The position numbers and the translations under genes were made by a program. Below are positions 1-13,619 of a DNA stretch of 64,000 bases, piece after piece. Each line of letters opens with the position of its first letter. The first letter of the stretch is position 1. The DNA comes from Squalus acanthias (taxonomy: Eukaryota): contig JASTWF010000034.1 of NCBI GenBank assembly GCA_030390025.1, forward strand, positions 3,968,001 to 4,032,000. The letters run 5' to 3'. Under the pieces are notes generated by a model. It saw nothing but the letters and a program-made list of their open reading frames with translations, did no database searches and was not told the DNA's origin.

Positions 1-168
1 CCAGCATTCCCAGGGCAGGTATAATACAGAGCTCCCTCGACATTACCCTGACAGTGTCCCCCCACTTTATACCCAGTGTCAGCATCCAGCACTCCCAGGG
101 CAGGTACAATACAGAGCTCCCTCTACATTACCCTGACATTACCACTGTTACTCCCTCCCGCTCCATTC

Positions 169-276
169 CATTTCTGTTCCTGACTCTGCTCCAGCTCGGG
201 TTCCCCAGCCACAGTTCCTCTGCCGTTTGTTCCAGGTATTCCAGGGTACACTTTGCTGGACAGGTCACAGCGGGGT
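169..276 (-). pseudogene. PEX5: PEX5 pseudo-exon (the exon following ...EFIAQVT)
   Basis: DPAVTCPAKCTLEYLEQTAEELWLG + (1-nt frameshift) EPELEQSQEQKW versus PEX5 [29 protein letters not shown]...W. Acceptor reads cg, donor reads ga, and the Trp of WxxEY is mutated to Cys. Confidence 0.88.
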
Positions 277-356
277 CGAAGGTTAGAGGATAATTCAGAA
301 GTCAAACACCATTTAAAGTGAAATAGTCAGAGGGGCCGTAATCACCCTCAGGACCT

Positions 357-2622
357 TAACCACAATGCTCGGTGTCAGTGTCCCTGTACCCACAATACCC
401 AGGGTCAGTGACCCTGTACCCACAATGCCCAGTGTCAGTGACCATGTACCCACAATGCCTGGGGTCAGTGGCCCTGTACCCACAATGCACAGTGTCAATG
501 TCCCTGTACCCACAATGCCCAGGGTCAGTGACCCTGTACCCACAATGCCCAGGGTCAGTGACACTGTGTCCACAATGCCCAGTGTCAGTGTCCCTGTACC
601 CACAATGCCCAGGGTCAGTGACTCTGTACCCACAATGCCCAGTGTCAGTGACTCTGTACCCACAATGCCCAGGGTCAGTGACCCTGTACCCACAATGTCC
701 AGGGTCAGTGACTCCAGTACCCACAATGCCCAGTGTCAGTGACTCCATACCCACAATGCCCAGTGTCAGTGACACTGTACCCACAATGCCCAGTGTCAGT
801 GACTCTGTATCCATAATGCCCAGGGTCAGTGACTCTGTACCCACAATGCCCAGGGTCAGTGAACCTGTGTCCATAATGCCCGGGGTCAGTGACCCTTTAC
901 CCACAATGCCCGGGGTCAGTGGCCCTGTACCCACAATGCCCAGTGTCAATGTCCCTGTACCCACAATGCCCAGTGTCAATGTCCCTGTACCCACAATGCC
1001 CAGCGTCAGTGACCCTGTACCCACAATGCCCAGGGTTAGTGACACTGTGTCCACAATGCCCGGGGTCAGTGGCCCTGTACCCACAATGCCCAGGGTCAGT
1101 GACTCTGTACCCACAATGCCCAGGGTCAGTGACCCTGTACCCACAATGCCCAGTGTCAGTGACAATGTACCCACAATGCCCAGTGTCAGTGACTCTGTAC
1201 CAACAATGCCCAGTGTCAGTGACACTGTACCCACAATGCCCAGTGTCAGTGACTCTGTATCCACAATGCCCGGGGTCAGTGGCCCTGTACCCATAATGCG
1301 CAGTGTCAATGATCCTGTGCCCACAATGCCAAGGCTCAGTGGCCCTGTGACCACAATACCCAGGGCGAGTGACTCTGTACCCACAATGCCCAGTGTCAAT
1401 GACCCTGTACAAACAATGCCCAGCGTCAGTGGCCCTGTACCCACAATGCCCAGTGTCAGTGACGCTGTACCCACAATGCCCAGCGTCAGTGGCCCTGTAC
1501 CCACAATGCCCAGGGTCAGTGGCCCTGTACCCACAATGCCCAGGGTCAGCGGCCCTGTACCCAGAATGCCCAGGGCGAGTGACTCTGTACCCACAATGCC
1601 CAGTGTCAATGATCCTGTACCCACAATGCCCAGTGTCAGTGACACTGTGTCCACAATGCCCGGGGTCAGTGGCCCTGTACCCACAATGCCCAGTGTCAGT
1701 GTCCCTGTACCCACAATGACCAGGGTCAGCGACTCTGTACCCACAATGCCCAGGGTCAGTGACTCTGTACCCACAATGTCCAGGGTCAGTGACGCTGTAG
1801 CCACAATGCCCAGGGTCAGTGACCCTTTACCCACAATGCCCAGTGTCAATGATCCTGTACCCACAATGCCCAGTGTCAGTGACACTGTGTCCACAATGCC
1901 CGGGGTCAGTGGCCCTGTACCCACAATGCCCAGTGTCAGTGGCCCTGTACCCACAATGCCCAGGGTCAGTGACTCTGTACCCACAATGCCCAGTGTCAGT
2001 GACCCTGTACCCACAATGCCCAGTGTCAGTGACTCTGTACCCACAATGTCCAGGGTCAGTGACTCTGTACCCACAATGCCCAGGGTCAGTGACCCTGTAC
2101 CCACAATGCCCAGTGTCAGTGACAATGTACCCACAATGCCCACTGTCAGTGACTCTGTACCCACAATGCCCAGTGTCAGTGACACTGTACCCACAATGCC
2201 CAGTGTCAATGGTCCTGTACCCACAATGCCCAGTGTCAGTGACTCTGTACCCACAATGCCCAGGGTCAGTGAACCTGTGTCCATAATGCCCAGGGTCAGT
2301 GGCCCTGTACCCACATTGCCCAGGGTCAGTGGCCCTGTACCCAGAATGCCCAGGGTCAGTGGCCCTGTACCCACAATGCCCAGGGTCAGTGGCCCTGTAC
2401 CCACAATGCCCAGGGTCAGTGGCCCTGTACCCAGAATGTCCAGGGCGAGTGACTCTGTACCCACAATGCCCAGTGTCAATGATCCTGTACCCACAATGCC
2501 CAGTGTCAGTGACTCTCTACCCACAATGCCCAGGGTCAGTGACGCTGTACCCACAATGCTCAGTGTCAATGATGCTGTGCCCACAATGCCCGGGCTCATT
2601 GACGCTGTACCCACAATGCTGA
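357..2622. repeat. 30-bp minisatellite (~75 units) in a PEX5 pseudogene intron
   Basis: Unit GTACCCACAATGCCCAG(G/T)GTCAGTGAC(C/T)CT; lies between the two PEX5 pseudo-exons. Confidence 0.98.
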
Positions 2623-2639
2623 ATGGCCCTTCCACATAC

Positions 2640-2677
2640 CGGTCACCTGGGCAATGAACTCCATTGACAAATCAGCC
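2640..2677 (-). pseudogene. PEX5: 3' remnant of a PEX5 exon (ADLSMEFIAQVT + gtatgt donor)
   Basis: Homologous to 28219-28256; the upstream part has been removed by deletion. Confidence 0.85.
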
Positions 2678-3255
2678 CTGTGGGAGTACCATCACCACAC
2701 GGACTGCAGCGGTTCAAGAAGGCGGCTCACCACCACCTTCTCAAGGGCAACTCGGAATGGGCAATAAATGCTGGCCTTGCCAGCGGTGCCCAGATCCCTT
2801 AAACGAATAAAACAAAATATATATCAGTAACGGATGAAAACGTTGGGTCTCTGTTCTCTTGAAGGCTGAGGGCTGAACTGATAAAGCTCTTTAAAATGAG
2901 GAAAGGTTTTGATGGAGTGGATACAGAGAGAATGTCTCCACTTGTGGGGAACAGCAAAATTAGAGGCCATCAATATAAGGTAGTCACCAAGAAATCAAAT
3001 AGGAAATTCAGAAGAAACCTCTTTACCCAGAGAGTGGTGAGAATGTGGAACTCGCTACCACAGGGAGTGGTTGAAGCGAATAGTATAGATGCATTTAAGG
3101 GGCAGTTAGATAAGCATATGTGGGAGAAGGGAATAGAGGGTTACGCTGATTGAATTAGATGAGGTAAGACGGGAGGAGGCTCGAGTGGAGCATAAACGCT
3201 GGCATGGACTGGTTGGGTCGAATGGCCTGGTTCTGTGCTGTGTACCCCATGTAAT
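2678..3255 (+). mobile_element. 3' end of a CR1-group LINE followed by a CR1 3' fragment (paralogs at 29650-30290 and 52144-52720)
   Basis: ggcaataaatgctggccttgccagc...gaataaaa terminus, then RNLFTQRVVRMWNSLP. Confidence 0.85.
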
Positions 3256-3261
3256 CCCCTG

Positions 3262-4000
3262 TTACAGAGTGAAGCTCTCATCAAATACCTCCAGGGCAGG
3301 TACAGTGGGTTAGATACAAAGTTCAGCTCCCTCTACGCTGCCCCACCAAACACTCCCAGGGAAGGTACAGCACGGGATAGAAACAAAGTAAAGCTCCCTC
3401 TACACTGTCCCATTAAACATTCCAAGGTCAGGGACAGCACGGGTTAGATACAGAGTAAAGCTCCCTCTACACTGTCCACCAAACAGTCCCAGGGCAGGTA
3501 CAGCACGGGTTAGATACAGAGTAAAGCTCCCTCTACACTGCCCACCAAACACTCCCAGGGCAGGTACAGCACGGGTCAGATAGAGAGTAAAGCTCCCTCT
3601 ACACTGCCCACCAAACACTCCCAGGGCAGGTACAGCACGGGTCAGATACAGAGTAAAGCTCCCTCTACACTGTCCCATCAAACATTCCCAGGGCAGGGAC
3701 AGCACGGGTTAGATACAGAGTCAAGCTCCCTCTACAGTGCCCCACCAAACACTCCCACGGCAGGGACAGCACGGGCAAGATACAGAGTAAAGTTCCCTCC
3801 AATTTGGTTCATCAACACAACCAACTCTGATACATCATGTGTTCAATGCAGCGTACAGCTCCCTTGACACTACCCAATGAAGCACAACCAGCTCGGGTAC
3901 AGCATGGGGTCAATACAGAATAAAGATCCCTCTACATGCAAGTGTCAAACACTCCCGGGTGAGGTACGGGCAAGGTTTATCTCCGAGTTAAGCTCCGCTC
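3262..4000 (+). repeat. 67-bp satellite array (paralogs at 30295-30835 and 52728-53465)
   Basis: Same unit, degenerating toward the gene cassette. Confidence 0.93.
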
Positions 4001-4117
4001 AACTTGCTACATCAAAGGCCGAGCCTGATGGCAGATGTTGAACAGCTCCCAGTATCTGGTTAGACTCTCACCTCAGCAAATTCCTGGACTGATGGGATTC
4101 TCAGTAAAGTTCCTCAC

Positions 4118-4600
4118 CTTTCCAATCATTGTTGAAGCTTCCCGTTTTATCCCGTCTCCGACACGGGGGTCTCGATCCCACCAGATCTGCTCTGTGAACC
4201 CAGCGACATTTTTCTAGTCCCAGTGAGTGTGGCGATGATTCAACTTCTCTCTCTCCACCTTCCTGAGATATTGCTCACTCCCAGAGACTGTCAATAGAAA
4301 AATGATTCATATTAATTCGAGAATCAGTAACTGGAATACAGTGGGCCTGTTTTTGTGACTGGGACTGTATCTAATTTCATTTTATTTGCAATTAATGTGT
4401 ATTTGAATTACTTACATTTATATTAAATTGTTCCTTTCAGCCCTTTGCCCTGTTTATTGGGACTAAACTCACCCCCAGTGTCAGCTGTCACTCCAGCTCC
4501 TCCCACACTGACATCCCACTGATGGGCCGTAACCAGGGGCGGGGCCCTGTTTCCAAGTGACATCACACAGGAGCTGGGAGCCAATCAATCAATGAGCAGC
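4118..4600 (-). pseudogene. Unidentified gene 5' cassette, copy a (promoter/exon 1 with donor after 4473; exon 2 4287-4118)
   Basis: GC box 4536-4545, TGACATCA 4558-4565, CCAAT 4581-4585; GG|GTGAGT donor; AT-rich intron; ttttctattgacag acceptor; AAG|GTGAGG donor. Exon 2 is 170 nt, 1 nt short of the 171-nt copies. Confidence 0.65.
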
Positions 4601-4651
4601 CTGGAAAAATGTTAAAGCGGCCAAGCCCCTCCCAATCCCCCCGGGGCAGGT

Positions 4652-7600
4652 ACATAACGAACATACGAATTAGGAGCAGGAGTCGGCAATTCGGCCCCTC
4701 AAGCCTGTTCCGCCATTCAATAAGATCATGGCTGATCTGATTACTCCACATTCCCGTCCAACCCCCGATAACCTTTCACCCCCTTGCTCATCAAGAATCT
4801 ATCTACGTCCGCCTTAAAAATATTCAAAGACTCTGCTTCCACCGCCCTCTGAGGAAGAGAGTTCCAAAGACTCACGACCCTCTGAGAAAAATCATTCTCC
4901 TCACCTCTGTCTAAAATGGGCGCTCCATTATTTTTAAACAGTGACCCCTCGTTCTAGATTCTCCCACAAGAGGAAACATCCTCTCCGCATCCACCCTGTC
5001 AAGACCCCTCAGGATCTTATAGGTTTCAATCAAGTCACCTCTTACTCTTCTAAACTCCAATTTCAACCTTTCCTCATAAGACAACCCGCCCATTCCAGCT
5101 ATTAGTCTAGTAAAACTTCTCTGAACTGCTTCCAACGCATTTACATCCTTCCTTAAATAAGGAGACTAATACTGTACTCAGTACTCCAGATGTGGTCTCA
5201 CCAATGCCCTCTATAACTGAAGCATAAACTCCCTACTTTTGTATTCAATTCCCCTCGCAATAAACGTTAACATTCTATTAGCTTTCCTAATTACTCGCAG
5301 TACCTGCATACTAACCTTTTGCGATTCATGCACTAGAACACCCAGAACCCTCTGCATCTCAAAGCTCTGCAATCTCTCACCATTTAGATAATATGCTTAT
5401 TTTTTATTTTTCCTGCCAAAATGCACAATTGCACATTTTCACACATTTTTCTCTATTTGCCAGATCTGTGCCCACTCACTTAACCTATTTATATACCTTT
5501 GTAGCCTCCATATGTCCTCCTCACAACTTACTTTCCTACCTATCTTTTTGTCATCAGCAAATTTTGCAACCATACCTTCGGTCCCTTCATCCAAGTCATT
5601 TATATAAATTGTAAAAAGTTGAGGCCCCAGCATTATCCCTGTGGCCCACTACACATTACATCTTGCCAACCAGAAAATGACCCATTTATGCTTACACTCT
5701 GTTTCCTGTTAGCTAGCCAATCTTCTATCCATGCCAATATGTTACCCCGACACCATGAGCTTTTATTTTCCGAAATAGGCTTTGATGTGGCACCTTATCA
5801 AATGCCTTCTGGAAATCTAAGTGCAGTACATCCACCGCTTCCCCTTTATCCACAGCACATGTTACTTCCTCAAAGAACTCCAATAAATTGGTTTCTCAAA
5901 GCCATGCTGACTCTGCCTGAATACCTTGAACTTTTACAAGTGCCCTGCTATAACGTCTTTAATAATAGTTTCTAGCATCTTCCCCAAGACAGGTGTTAAG
6001 CTAACTGGCCTGTAGTTTCCTGCTTTCTGTCTCCCTCCCTTTTTGAATAAAGGAGTTACAAACGCTATTTTCTAATCTAATGGAACCTTCCCCGAATCTA
6101 GGGAATTTTGGAAAATTAAAACCAACGCATCAACTATCTCACTAGCTACTTCTTTTAAGACCCTAGGATGAAGTCCATCAGGACCCGGGGACTTGTCAGC
6201 CTGCATCTCCAACAATTTCCTCAGTACTACTTCCCTGGTGATTGTAATTTTCTTGACTTCCTCCCACCCTTCCATTTCCTGATTTACAGCTGTTTCTGGG
6301 ATGTTACTTGTATCCTCTACAGTGAAGACCGATGTAAAATACCTGTTCAATTCAACTGCCATCTCCTTATTTTCCATTATTAATTCCCCAGACTCACTTT
6401 TTATAGGACCAACGCTCCCTTTGTGAACTCTTTTCTTTTTAGAATATCTATAGAAACTCTTACTATCTGTTTTTATATGTCTAGCTAGCTTTTTCTCATA
6501 CTCTAATTTTTTTCTCCTTATTAATCTTTTAGTAATTCTTTGCTGTTTGTTTATATTCTGTCAAATCTTCTGACCTGCCACCCATCTTTGCACAATTATA
6601 TGATTTTTCTTTAAGTTTGATACTATCTTTAACTTTTTTAGTTAACCACGGATGGTGGGTCCCCCCCTTGGAATTTTTCTTTCTCGTTGGAATGGATCTA
6701 TTCTGTGTATTCTGAAATATCCCATTAAATGTCTGCCACTGCAGCTCTATTGACCTATCGCTTACTCTAGTTTGCCAGTTCACTTCAGCTAGCTCTGATA
6801 TCATGCCCTCATAATTGCCCTTATTTATGTTAAAAAAACTAGTCTTGGACCAAATCTTCTCTCCCTCAAACTGAATGTAAAATTCAATCATATTCTGATC
6901 GCTGCGACCTAGGGGCACCTTCACTATGTGTTCATTAATTAATCTTATCTTGTTTCACAATACCAGGTCTACTATAGCCTGCTCTCTGGTTGGCTCCAGA
7001 ACGTGCTGTTCTAAGAAACTGTCCCAAAAACATTCTACGAACTCCTCATCTAGGCTACCTTTGCCCATCTGATTTTTCCATCTATATGTAGATTAAAATC
7101 CCCCATGATTATTGCCGTACCTTTCTGACAAGCTCCCATTATTTCTTCCTTTATACTCCATCCTAACGTGTGGTTACTGTTAGGGGGCCTGTACACCACT
7201 TCCACAAGTGACTTCTTGCCTTCATCATTTCTCATCTCTACCCAAACCGCTTCTACATCCTGGTTTCCTGAACTTAAGTCATCCCTCTATTGCGCTAATA
7301 CCATTATTAATTTACAGAGCCACCCCTCCACTTTTTCCTAAATATCATATACCCTTCAATATTCAGGTCCCAATGTTTGTCATCCTGCAGCCATGTCTCT
7401 GTAATGGCTATCAGATTGTACTTATTTAATTATATTTGCGCCATCAGTTCATCTGTTTTGTTTCGAATGCTACGTGCATTCAGATACAGAGCCTTTAGTT
7501 TTGTCCTTTTATTATTTTTGTAACCTTTAGCCTTATCTGTTGATTTACTCTTAGATTTGTACTCTCTATCCCTTCCCGTCACGGTCTGTTTATCATTTCC

Positions 7601-7872
7601 CATATTAATACCTTTCTCTCTTGTCTTGTTTCTACTCTTTGATTTACCACATCTTCCTAGATCTGATCCCTGGCTCCCAATATTTAGTTGAAAGCCCTCT
7701 CTACCGCCCTAGTTATATGACTCGCCAGAACACTGGTCCCAGCACGGCTCAGGTGAAGACCAACCCAACGGTACAGATCCCACTTTCCCGAGTACTGGTG
7801 CAGGTGCCCAGGAAGCGAAACCAATTTCTCCCATACCAGTCTTTGAGTTACGCATTCATCTCTCTAATTTGA
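4652..7872 (-). mobile_element. CR1 LINE (end of ORF1 plus fragmented ORF2)
   Basis: YRPPNS and MGDFN (APE); KSPGPDGLHPRVLKE, LGPQLF and KFADD (RT); 8-mer tail at 4652-4670. Confidence 0.95.
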
Positions 7873-7877
7873 TGGAC

Positions 7878-10635
7878 CAGGGTAGAGGGAGCTTTACTCT
7901 GTATCTAAACCGTGCTGTATCTGCCCTGGGAGTGTTTGATGGGTATTTGTAGAGGGAGCTTTACTCTGTATCTAACCCGTGCTGCAACAGCCCTGGGAAT
8001 GTTTGATGGGTATTTGTAGAGGGAGCTTTACTCTGTATCTAACCCGTGCTGTACCTGCCCTGGGAATATTTGAAGGGTCTTTGTAGAGGGAGCTTTACTT
8101 TGTATCTAACCCGGGCTGTATTTTCCTGGGAATATTTGAAGGGACAGTGTAGAGGAAGCTTTACATTGCATCAATCCCTGTGCTGCACCTGCCCTGGGAG
8201 TGTTCGATAGGTCTTTGTAGAGGGAGCTTTACTCTGTACCTAACGCTTGCACTACCTGCCCTGCGAGGCTTTAATGCGACAGTGTAGAGGGAGCTTTACT
8301 CTGTATCCAACCTGTGCTGTGCCTGCCCTTGCAGTGTTTGATGGGACAGTGTAGAGGGAGCTTTACTGTGTATCTAACCCGTGCTGTACCTGCCTTGGGA
8401 GTGTTTGATGGGACAGTGTAGAGGGAGCTTTACTCTGTATCCAACCCGTGCTGTACCTGCCCTTGCAGTGTTTGATGGGACAGTGTAGAGGGAGCTTTAC
8501 TGTGTATCTAACCCGTGCTGTACCTGCCTTGGGAGTGTTTGATGGGACAGTGTAGAGTGAGCTTTACTCAGTACCTAACCCTGTGCTGTACCTGCCATGG
8601 GGCTGTTTGATGGGACAGTGTAGAGGGAGCTTTACTCTGTATCTAACCCGTGCTGTACCTGCCCTGGCAGTTTTTGAAAGGACTGTGTAAAGGGAGCTTT
8701 ATTCGGTATCTAACGCAGGCTGTACCTGCCTGAGAAAGTTTGAGGGGACAGTGTAGAGCGAGCTTTACTCTGTATCTAACCCCGTGCACTACCTGCCCTG
8801 CGAGTGTTTGATGCAACAGTGTGGAGTGAGCTTCATTCCATATCTAATCCATGATGCACCTGCCCCGGGACTGTTTGATGGGACAGTGTTGAGGGAGCTC
8901 TACTCTATATCTAACCATTGTTGTATCTGCCCTTGGTGTGATTGATGGCACAATGTATAGTGAGCTATACTCTGTATCTAACCCGTGCAGTACCTGGCCT
9001 GGGAGTGTTTGATGTGATAGTATACAGGGAGCTTTACTCAGTATCTAACCCATGCACTAACTGCCCTGCGAGTGTTTGATGGGACAGTGCAGTGGGAGCT
9101 TTAATCTATATCTAACCATTGCTGTACCTGCCCTGGGTGTGTTTGATGGGATTCTGTAGAGGGATCTTTACTCTGTATCTTACCTGTGCTGTACCTGACC
9201 TGGGAGTGTTTGATGGGTTAGTATAGAGGGAGCTTTATTCGGTATTTAACCCGGGCTGTACTTGCCTGGGACAGTTAGATGGGACAGAGTGGAGGAAGCT
9301 TTACTCTGTATCTTACCCTGTGCTGTAGCTGCCCTGGGAGTGTGTGATGGGTCCGTTTAGAATGAGATTTACTCTGCAGCTAAACTGTGATATACCTGCC
9401 CTGGCCGGTATTGAAACGACAGTGTAGAGGGAGCTTTACTCGTTATCTAACGCATGCTGTATCTGCCCTGGAAGTGTTTGATGGGACAGTGTAGAGGGAT
9501 CTTTAATTTGTATCTAAACCGTACTGTTCCTGCCCTGGGAGTGTTTGATGGGACAGTGTAGAGGGATCTTTAATCTGTATCTAAACCGTGCTTTACCTGC
9601 CCTGGGAGTGTTTGATGGGACAGTGTAGAGGGAGCTTTCCTCTGTATCTAACCCGTGCTGTACCTGCCCTGGGAGTGTTTGATGGGACAGTGTAGAGGGA
9701 GCTTTACTCTGTATCTAACCCGTGCTGTACCTGCCCTGGGAGTGTTTGATGGGACAGTGTAGAGGGAGCTTTACTCTGTATCTAACCCGTGCTGTACCTG
9801 CCCTGGGAGTGTTTGATGGGACAGTGCAGAGGGAGCTTTACTCTGTATCTAACCCGTGCTGTACCTGCCCTGGGAATGTTTGATGGGACAGTGCAGAGGG
9901 AGCTTTACTCTGTATCTAACACCGTGCTGTACCTGCCCTGGGAGTGTTTGATGGGACAGTGTAGAGGGAGCTTTACTCTGTATCTAACCCGTGCTGTACC
10001 TGCCCTGGGAGTGTTTGATGGGACAGTGTAGAGGGAGCTTTACTCTGTATCTAACCCGTGCTGTACCTGCCCTGGGAGTGTTTGATGGGACAGTGCAGAG
10101 GGAGCTTTACTCTGTATCTAACCCGTGCTGTACCTGCCCTGGGAATGTTTGATGGGACAGTGCAGAGGGAGCTTTACTCTGTATCTAACACCGTGCTGTA
10201 CCTGCCCTGGGAGTGTTTGATGGGACAGTGCAGAGGGAACTTTACTCTGTATCTAACCCGTGCTGTAGCTCCCTGGGAGTGTTTGTTGGGACAGTGTAGA
10301 GAGAGCTTTACTCTGTATGTAAACCGTGCTGTACATTACCTGGGATTGTTTGATGGCATAATGTGGAGGGAGCTTTACTCTGTATCTAACCCGTGCTGTA
10401 CCTGCCCTGGGAGTGTGTTGGGACAGTGTAGAGGGAGCTTTACTCTGTATCTAAACCTTGCTGTACCTCCCCTGGGAGTGCAAAAACGGGCAGGATATTT
10501 GCGCTTTACTCTATATCTAACCCATGCTGTACCTAACCTGCGAGTGTTTGATGGGACAGTGCAGACGGATCTTTACTAAGTATATAACAAATGCTGCACC
10601 TGCACTGGGACTGTTTGATGGGAAAGTGTCGTGGG
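7878..10635 (-). repeat. 67-bp satellite array, reverse orientation
   Basis: Reverse complement of GGGCAGGTACAGCACGGGTTAGATACAGAGTAAAGCTCCCTCTACACTGTCCCATCAAACACTCCCA; period 67. Confidence 0.97.
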
Positions 10636-10639
10636 TGCC

Positions 10640-10940
10640 TTATAACTCTTTATAACGTTAGAATCATTAATAATCATTTACAAAAGGTGTATAATGGGTT
10701 ATTAAGGATTATAATGATTTATAAAGGGTCATGTCCCTTTATCATATTTTGCATCACTTTGAACCCCATTCAAATCCCTTTATAATCCTTTGTCAAACAT
10801 TACAACCCTTTATATTCCTTAACAATTCATCACAACACTTTATATTCTATTATCAAAATTTATATATCATTATAATACTTTATATTCATTTATAATAATT
10901 TATAACCCAGCATAATCCTTTATAACCCTTTATAAAGCGT
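10640..10940. repeat. AT-rich degenerate TTATAA repeat (paralog at 60090-60420)
   Basis: Repeated tttata/ttataa motifs at roughly 10-12 bp spacing. Confidence 0.7.
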
Positions 10941-10959
10941 CAGGATACAGCGTAGGGAT

Positions 10960-12006
10960 AATCGGTAGGTACTCAAATTGGCAGGATGTGACTCCTGGTG
11001 TCCGGCAGGGCTGTGTTTTGGGGCCTCAGCTATTCACAATAATTATTAATGACTTAGGTGATGTCATAGAAAGTCATATACCCAAATGTGCCGATGACAC
11101 AAAGATAGGCAGCATTGTAGGTAGTGTAGGTGAAACCATCAAATTACAAAGGGATATTGACAGATTAAGGGAATGGGCAAAACTATGGCAAATGGATTTC
11201 AATGTAAGCAATTGTGAGGTCAATCACTTTGGACCCTAAAAGGATAGAACAGGTGACTTTAAAAATGGTGAAAAGCTAAAAACAGTGGATGTCCAAAGAG
11301 ACTTGGGGGAGTCCAGGTACATAGATCATTAAAATGTCATGGACAGGTACAGAAAATAATCAAAAAGGCTAATGGAAAGCTGGTCTTTATATCTAAAGGA
11401 CGAGATTACAAGGGGGTAGAAGTTATTCTGCAGCTATACAAAACCCTGGTTAGACCACACCTGGAGTACTGTGAGCAGTTCTGGGCACCACACCTTAGGA
11501 AGGATATATTGGCCTTGGAGGGAGTGCAGCGCAGGTTTACCAGAATGAGACCCAGACTTCAAGGGTTAAGTTACGAGGAGATATTACACAAATTAGGGTT
11601 CTGTTCCCTAGAATTTAGAAGGTTAAGGGGTGATCTGAGCGAAGTTTTCAGGATATTAAGGGGAACAGATAGAGTAGATAGCGAGAAACTATTTCCATTG
11701 GTGGGGATACTAGGACTGGGGGCACAGTCTAAGAATTAGAGGCAGTCCTTTCAGGAGTGAAATTAGGAAACACTTCGACACAAAAAAGTGGTAGAAATTT
11801 GGAACTCTCTTCCACAAACGGAAGTGGATGCGAGATAAATTGTTAATTTTAAATCGGAGATTTATTGCTTTTTGTTAACCAAAGGTATGAAGGGATATGG
11901 GCCAAAGGTGGGTTTATGGCGTTAGATCGCAGATCAGTCAATGATCGCATTGAATGGGGCAACAGGCTCGAGGGGCTGAATGGCCGACTCCTCTTCCTAT
12001 GTTCCT
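10960..12006 (+). mobile_element. CR1 3' fragment (paralog at 60440-61485)
   Basis: GVRQGCVLGPQLF, ADDTK, RRLRGDL; tail ttcctatgttcct. Confidence 0.92.
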
Positions 12007-12099
12007 CAGTGTAGGATCCGTTGACTTGTTAGCCCTCCCCAAATGCATCACCTCACACTTCTCCGGATTGAATTCCATTTGAGACAATCTTCCTGCATG

Positions 12100-12660
12100 T
12101 AGCATGAGTTATACACAGAGTAAAGCTCCCTTTACACTGCCCAATCAAATAGTCCAAGGGCAGGTGCAGCACGGGTGATATAGAGAGATACAGAGTAAAG
12201 CTCCCTTTACACTGCCCAATCAAACAGTCCAAGGGCAGGTACAGCACGGGTTAGATGGAGAGATACAGAGTAAAGCTCCCTTTACACTGCCCAATCAAAC
12301 AGTCCAAGGGCAGGTACAGCACGGGTTATATAGAGAGATACAGAGTAAAGCTCCCTTTACATTGCCCAATCAAACAGTCCAAGGGCAGGTATAGCACGGG
12401 TTAGATAGAGAGATACAGACTAAACCTTCCTCTGCCCTGTCCACTCAAACACTCGCAGGGCAGGTACAGCGCGGGTGAGATGCAAAGCTCCCTCTAATAC
12501 AGCATGTGCAGCGTACAGCTCCCTTGACACGACCCAATGAAGCACAACCAGCTCGGGTACAGCATGGGATGAATACAGAATAAAGATCTCACTACATGTA
12601 AGTGTCAAACACTCCCGGGTGAGGTACGGGCAAGGTTTATCTCAGAGTTAAGCTCCGCTC
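12100..12660 (+). repeat. 75-bp variant of the 67-bp satellite (paralogs at 61575-62060 and 44940-45125)
   Basis: Units carry an extra gatagaga; period 75. Confidence 0.9.
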
Positions 12661-12777
12661 AACTTGCCACATCAAAGGCCGAGCCTGATGGCAGATGTTG
12701 AACAGCTCCCAGTATCTGGTTAGACTCTCACCTCAGCAAAATACTGGACTGATGGGATTCTCAGTAAAGTTCCTCAC

Positions 12778-13370
12778 CTTTCCAATCATTGTTGAAGCTT
12801 CCCGATTTATCCCGTCTCCGACACGGGGGGTCTCGATCCCAACAGATCTGCTCTGTGAACCCAGCGACATTTCTCCAGTCCCAGTCAGTCAGTGAGGCGA
12901 TGATTCGACTTCTCTCTCTCCACCTTCCTGAGATATTGCTCACTCCCAGAGACTGTCAATAGAAAAATGATTCATATTAATTCCAGAATACAGGGGGAGC
13001 ATTTTTGTGACCATAATTATATTCAATTTGATTATTTTTGCAATTAATCAGTGTGTTTGAATTACTTACTTTAATATTGAATAGTTCTTTTCTGTCGATT
13101 GCCCTGTTTATTGGGACTAAACTCACCCCCAGTGTCAGCTGTCACTCCAGCTCCTCCCACACTGACATCCCACTGATAGACCGTAACCAGGGGCAGGGCC
13201 CTGTCTCCAGGTGACATCACACAGCAGCCAGGAACAATGTCACAAAGCGGTCGGAGCCCCTCCCACTCGAGGTGTCACAGGGTCACATTGACCAGGCTCT
13301 GCTCCTGGTGTGCAGTCTCACTGGGCATGAACACAGGGTGTACAATCAGCCCCGTCTCCGGGAATGAACC
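12778..13370 (-). pseudogene. Unidentified gene 5' cassette, copy b (exon 2 12952-12778, 175 nt)
   Basis: Homologous to copy a; 4-nt insertion upstream of the putative ATG; splice signals intact. Confidence 0.65.
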
Positions 13371-13619
13371 GGGATCCTGCCCTATATCTCTCCCGAGTTT
13401 TATTTCCATCGGTGTAAAATGGGTGGCTGATTCACAATTACCCAGTTTGTACTACAGCACCTACTAAACGTCAAACTCCACCCCAGTATTTCTTACCTTC
13501 TCTACGTATCTGCTCCCTCACTGTCTCTGCCTCTCTCTCTCTCTCTCTCTCCACAGTGAGGGATGCGTCTGGGGCTGGGATCATACTGTGCGGAAAGGAT
13601 CAGAATTCCAGTTAGCCTC

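Noticed and set aside
356..2657. ORFs of 400-800 aa (PVPTMPRVSD, GIVGTGSLTL, GHCGYRVTDP repeats) here and at 27.0-28.2 and 47.5-52.1 kb, as mucin or adhesin genes
   Set aside because: A 30-bp unit is open in several frames on both strands, frames are broken by 1-nt indels, and the array sits inside a PEX5 intron.
9789..10579. ORFs such as MLYLPWECLMGQCRGSFTLYLTRAVPALG
   Set aside because: Translations of the 67-bp satellite cycling through frames.
13140..13350. Minus-strand TLFLAAV peptide as PEX5 TPR-region sequence (ELFLAAVRL)
   Set aside because: Only a 6-residue match, with several stops and no flanking similarity.
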